Assembly: GCA_963850905.1 (NCBI GenBank)
Contig: CAWKMU010000004.1
Coordinates: 448,001-512,000 of the forward strand
Direction: 5' to 3'
Length of the DNA: 64,000 nt
Source of the DNA: an uncultured Gemmatimonadales bacterium
GTDB taxonomy: Bacteria; Gemmatimonadota; Gemmatimonadetes; Gemmatimonadales; Gemmatimonadaceae
The notes beneath the pieces were generated by a model. It saw nothing but the letters and a program-made list of their open reading frames with translations, was not told the origin of the DNA and searched no databases. Both the position numbers and the translations under genes were made by a program. Below are positions 61,579 to 64,000 of this stretch, piece by piece. Position 1 is the stretch's first letter, and the number at the start of each line of letters is the position of its first letter.

Positions 61579-63554
61579 CTAGTGCCCCGCCGCATTCACG
61601 TTGGCGGCAGGCGACACGACGGGCAACACGATCGTGGATGGGTACTGCGGCCCGTGGTGGATGACGTTGTGAGCCACCAGTGGGTCTTTCTCGTCGTAGT
61701 TGTTCCCGCCCGTGTTCAGGTTCCGTTCGAAGTGCGGGAAGTTGCTGCTCGAGATCTCAATGCGAATCCGGTGGCCCGCGGCAAAGGTGTTGCCGGTGGT
61801 CAACGGACTGAACTCGACTTTGTACACCTGCCCCGGTTGCATGAACACCGGGTGGTCCCACCCCTCGCGCCAGCGGACTCGTTGAATGGTTTCATCCAGG
61901 TTGTACGCCTTTCCGCTCGGATCGACATCCAGAAGTTTGAACGTCAGATCGGTGTCCTTGCGGTCCGAGGAGAGGTACATCGTCCCTGTGACCGGCCCCA
62001 TGATCTCCACTGCCTGCGTGAGCGGCGGCGTGGTGTACACCAGCACGTCGGCCCGCATTTCGAGCCCCGATTGATCGTACGCCCCGGCCGGCTCGCCCGC
62101 GGTGAGCGCCGTGTGCGAATAGCAGCACCACGTACCGCCGCCGACCGTTGGGGCCGGCGTCATCGGATCGTACGTGAAATGGTCCGCCGCATGCTTCTCC
62201 GGCTTCGTCGTCGTCAGCCGGCCGTTGCCCAATCGGGTGTTCGCGTCGCCATCGCTGTCGAGATAGTACGTCACGGCAGCGCGCTTCCTTCGGCGGCCAG
62301 CTGTCGTAGCTGCGCCACTCGTTCGCACCCATCATGTACGCGCGCACGCGGGGCTGGCTCAGCACGTCGTTGGGGACCCCCTTCACGAAGTGGTCGAACC
62401 AGTTCTGCACCAGCGTGACATAGTCGAATCGGCCGTCCCCGAGGTCACGCTCGCCAACGACCGTGTGCTCGGTCGCCCCCAATTGCGAGCAGTGCAGCGT
62501 CGGAGCAATGATCATCCGCGAGTCGTTGCGGGCGCTCTCTGTCGCGCCGTCCTTCACCTGGTGCCCGAACATCGTGACGTTGGGCCCGATCGAGATATCG
62601 TACCACGAGTTGATGTACAGGGCGGGCGCGCTGTTGTGGTCCTCGTCACTGCCGAATTCGGTGTCTTTCCACCGTGGATCGTTCGGGAGACGGTTGACGT
62701 AGTTGTCGAAATCACTCGGAGGCTCACCGAGCACGTTCATGATCTGGTTGATGGGCAGCGTGCTGAGCGCAGAGTCGACCTTGAGCGGGTTGACCTTGAG
62801 CTCGGGCATGAGATCCCACTGCTGGTGGATGCGGATCATGTCAGCGCGTGAGTACGATGCGGGAAAGATGGGCCGAGCTGGATTGCCGGCGGAGATGTTG
62901 TCGTACCATCCCACCCAACCCGCGAGATGTACCGCACCACCGCGATAGAAGTTGCCCATCTCGTTGTACGGCCCGACGTGACCGATGCCGGCGCCCGACC
63001 CCATCGGCACCACGGCCGCCAACCCCGGGATATGGGCCGCGTTGAGCCGGTGCTGCTCCTCCGCGCTCGACGAGCATCCGATCGCGCCCACCTTGCCGTT
63101 GGACCACGGCTGCGACGTGATCCACTTGATCGTGTCGAACCCATCCTCGGCCGTCCGGACGAGGAAGGTGTACGTCCCCTCGGAGTAGAACCGGCCGCGC
63201 TCGTACTCCCACACGACCGCGTAGCCGTGCGCCAGGAAACTCTGGATGTACTGGCGCAAAGGACAGGTGGTGGGCGTCGATCCAGTACGGGATCCGGATC
63301 AATACGGTCGGCATGTTCTGTCGGGGCTGGCCTTTGGGAAAGAGGATGAGGTGGTAGAGGCGCACCCCATCGCGCATCGGCACCATCACCATGTCCTCGA
63401 CGTCCGCGTGCTCGTTGATGTACGCTTGCGCCTCGTCGGCCGACGAGACCTGGGCGGAGACGCGAGCGGGCAATGCCCCTGCCCCGGCAAGTACACACCC
63501 GACCGCGCCTATCCGGAGAACCCGAGCCAGTAGTGATCCGCAGTGGCGACGCAC
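61579..63554 (-). CDS. Secreted CocE/NonD family hydrolase (frameshifts ~63260 and ~62280)
   Basis: VPMRDGVRL, ERGRFYSEG, SNGKVG.IGCSS, SSNFPHFERN. Confidence 0.85.
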
Positions 63555-63717
63555 GTTACCTCTCCAAGGTGGTTGGTCGCGGCCAATCTGCGGTGATTCG
63601 GGTCGGGATATCAAGCTCGGAGGGGCCGTGCTCGCCGCCAGCCGGTCCCATTTTGCGGGAAATCGTCCCACTACCCTTCCGGTAGGGCGCTGCGGACTTT
63701 CACCGTCCAACCCGACA

Positions 63718-63762
63718 TGTAGGGGCGGCCGTCAGGCCGCGCGGCCACGCATGCGTCGCCCT
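63718..63762 (+). repeat. Degenerate REP-like element (similar copy at 9502-9525)
   Basis: GTAGGGGCGGCC...GCATGCGTCGCCC. Confidence 0.55.
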
Positions 63763-63818
63763 CTCGCCCCCCCCGCCCAGGCTTGTCGGCCAAACCCCCA
63801 CCTCTACATTAGGCTTGC

Positions 63819-64000
63819 ATGCGCATCCACAGTCATCGTCCTCTGTACGTCCTCCTGGCCGCCATGTCGTTCCTGGTGTTGCAGTCACGTGCAGACGCAC
63901 AGAATGCCGCGAGCGGCATCGGGTCGCTCGCGACGCGCGACGCCGCCGCCATCCGCGCGGAGTTGGATACCATGGCCGCCGGCTGGAATCGGGGTGACCT
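63819..64000 (+). CDS. Partial secreted NTF2-like/DUF4440 protein
   Basis: MRIHSHRPLYVLLAAMSFLVLQSRADAQ...AIRAELDTMAAGWNRGD; runs off the window end. Confidence 0.6.
   Translation, partial: MRIHSHRPLYVLLAAMSFLVLQSRADAQNAASGIGSLATRDAAAIRAELDTMAAGWNRGD

Noticed and set aside
1..64000. tRNA, rRNA, IS elements, integrase, prophage
   Set aside because: None recognised by eye; tRNAscan-SE and ISfinder were not run.

Overview
A 64 kb high-GC bacterial window. Gene content and style suggest a Gemmatimonadota-like soil bacterium, but this is inference only. Many single-base frameshifts break conserved genes, most densely at 9.6-14.3 kb, which suggests uncorrected long-read errors. Ordinary content includes an envelope module (FadL-like barrel, two DUF937-OmpA paralogs, GlsB/YeaQ, DUF3761), a 2-oxoacid:ferredoxin oxidoreductase operon, pcaHGB-pcaD/C-pobA, a Ser/Thr kinase with an ECF sigma factor, cspA, DNA repair genes (tag, ogt, mug), a Co-type nitrile hydratase, two CocE/NonD hydrolases, three paralogous His-motif secreted propeller proteins, an MFS transporter and an M23 peptidase. 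Two loci stand out. (1) At 32.6-40.3 kb, a minus-strand run in which a divergent ATP-grasp-like gene overlaps (ATGA) a cyclodipeptide-synthase-like gene, followed by a class III aminotransferase, a YihU-like reductase and an aldehyde dehydrogenase. (2) At 44.8-47.7 kb, a paralog of the same ATP-grasp-like gene lies next to a tandem-repeat protein that alternates Arg-rich segments with tubulin-tail-like Glu/Gly tracts. Intergenic heptamer arrays and GTAG-type REP elements all appear in one orientation. No rRNA, tRNA, CRISPR array or transposase was recognised.
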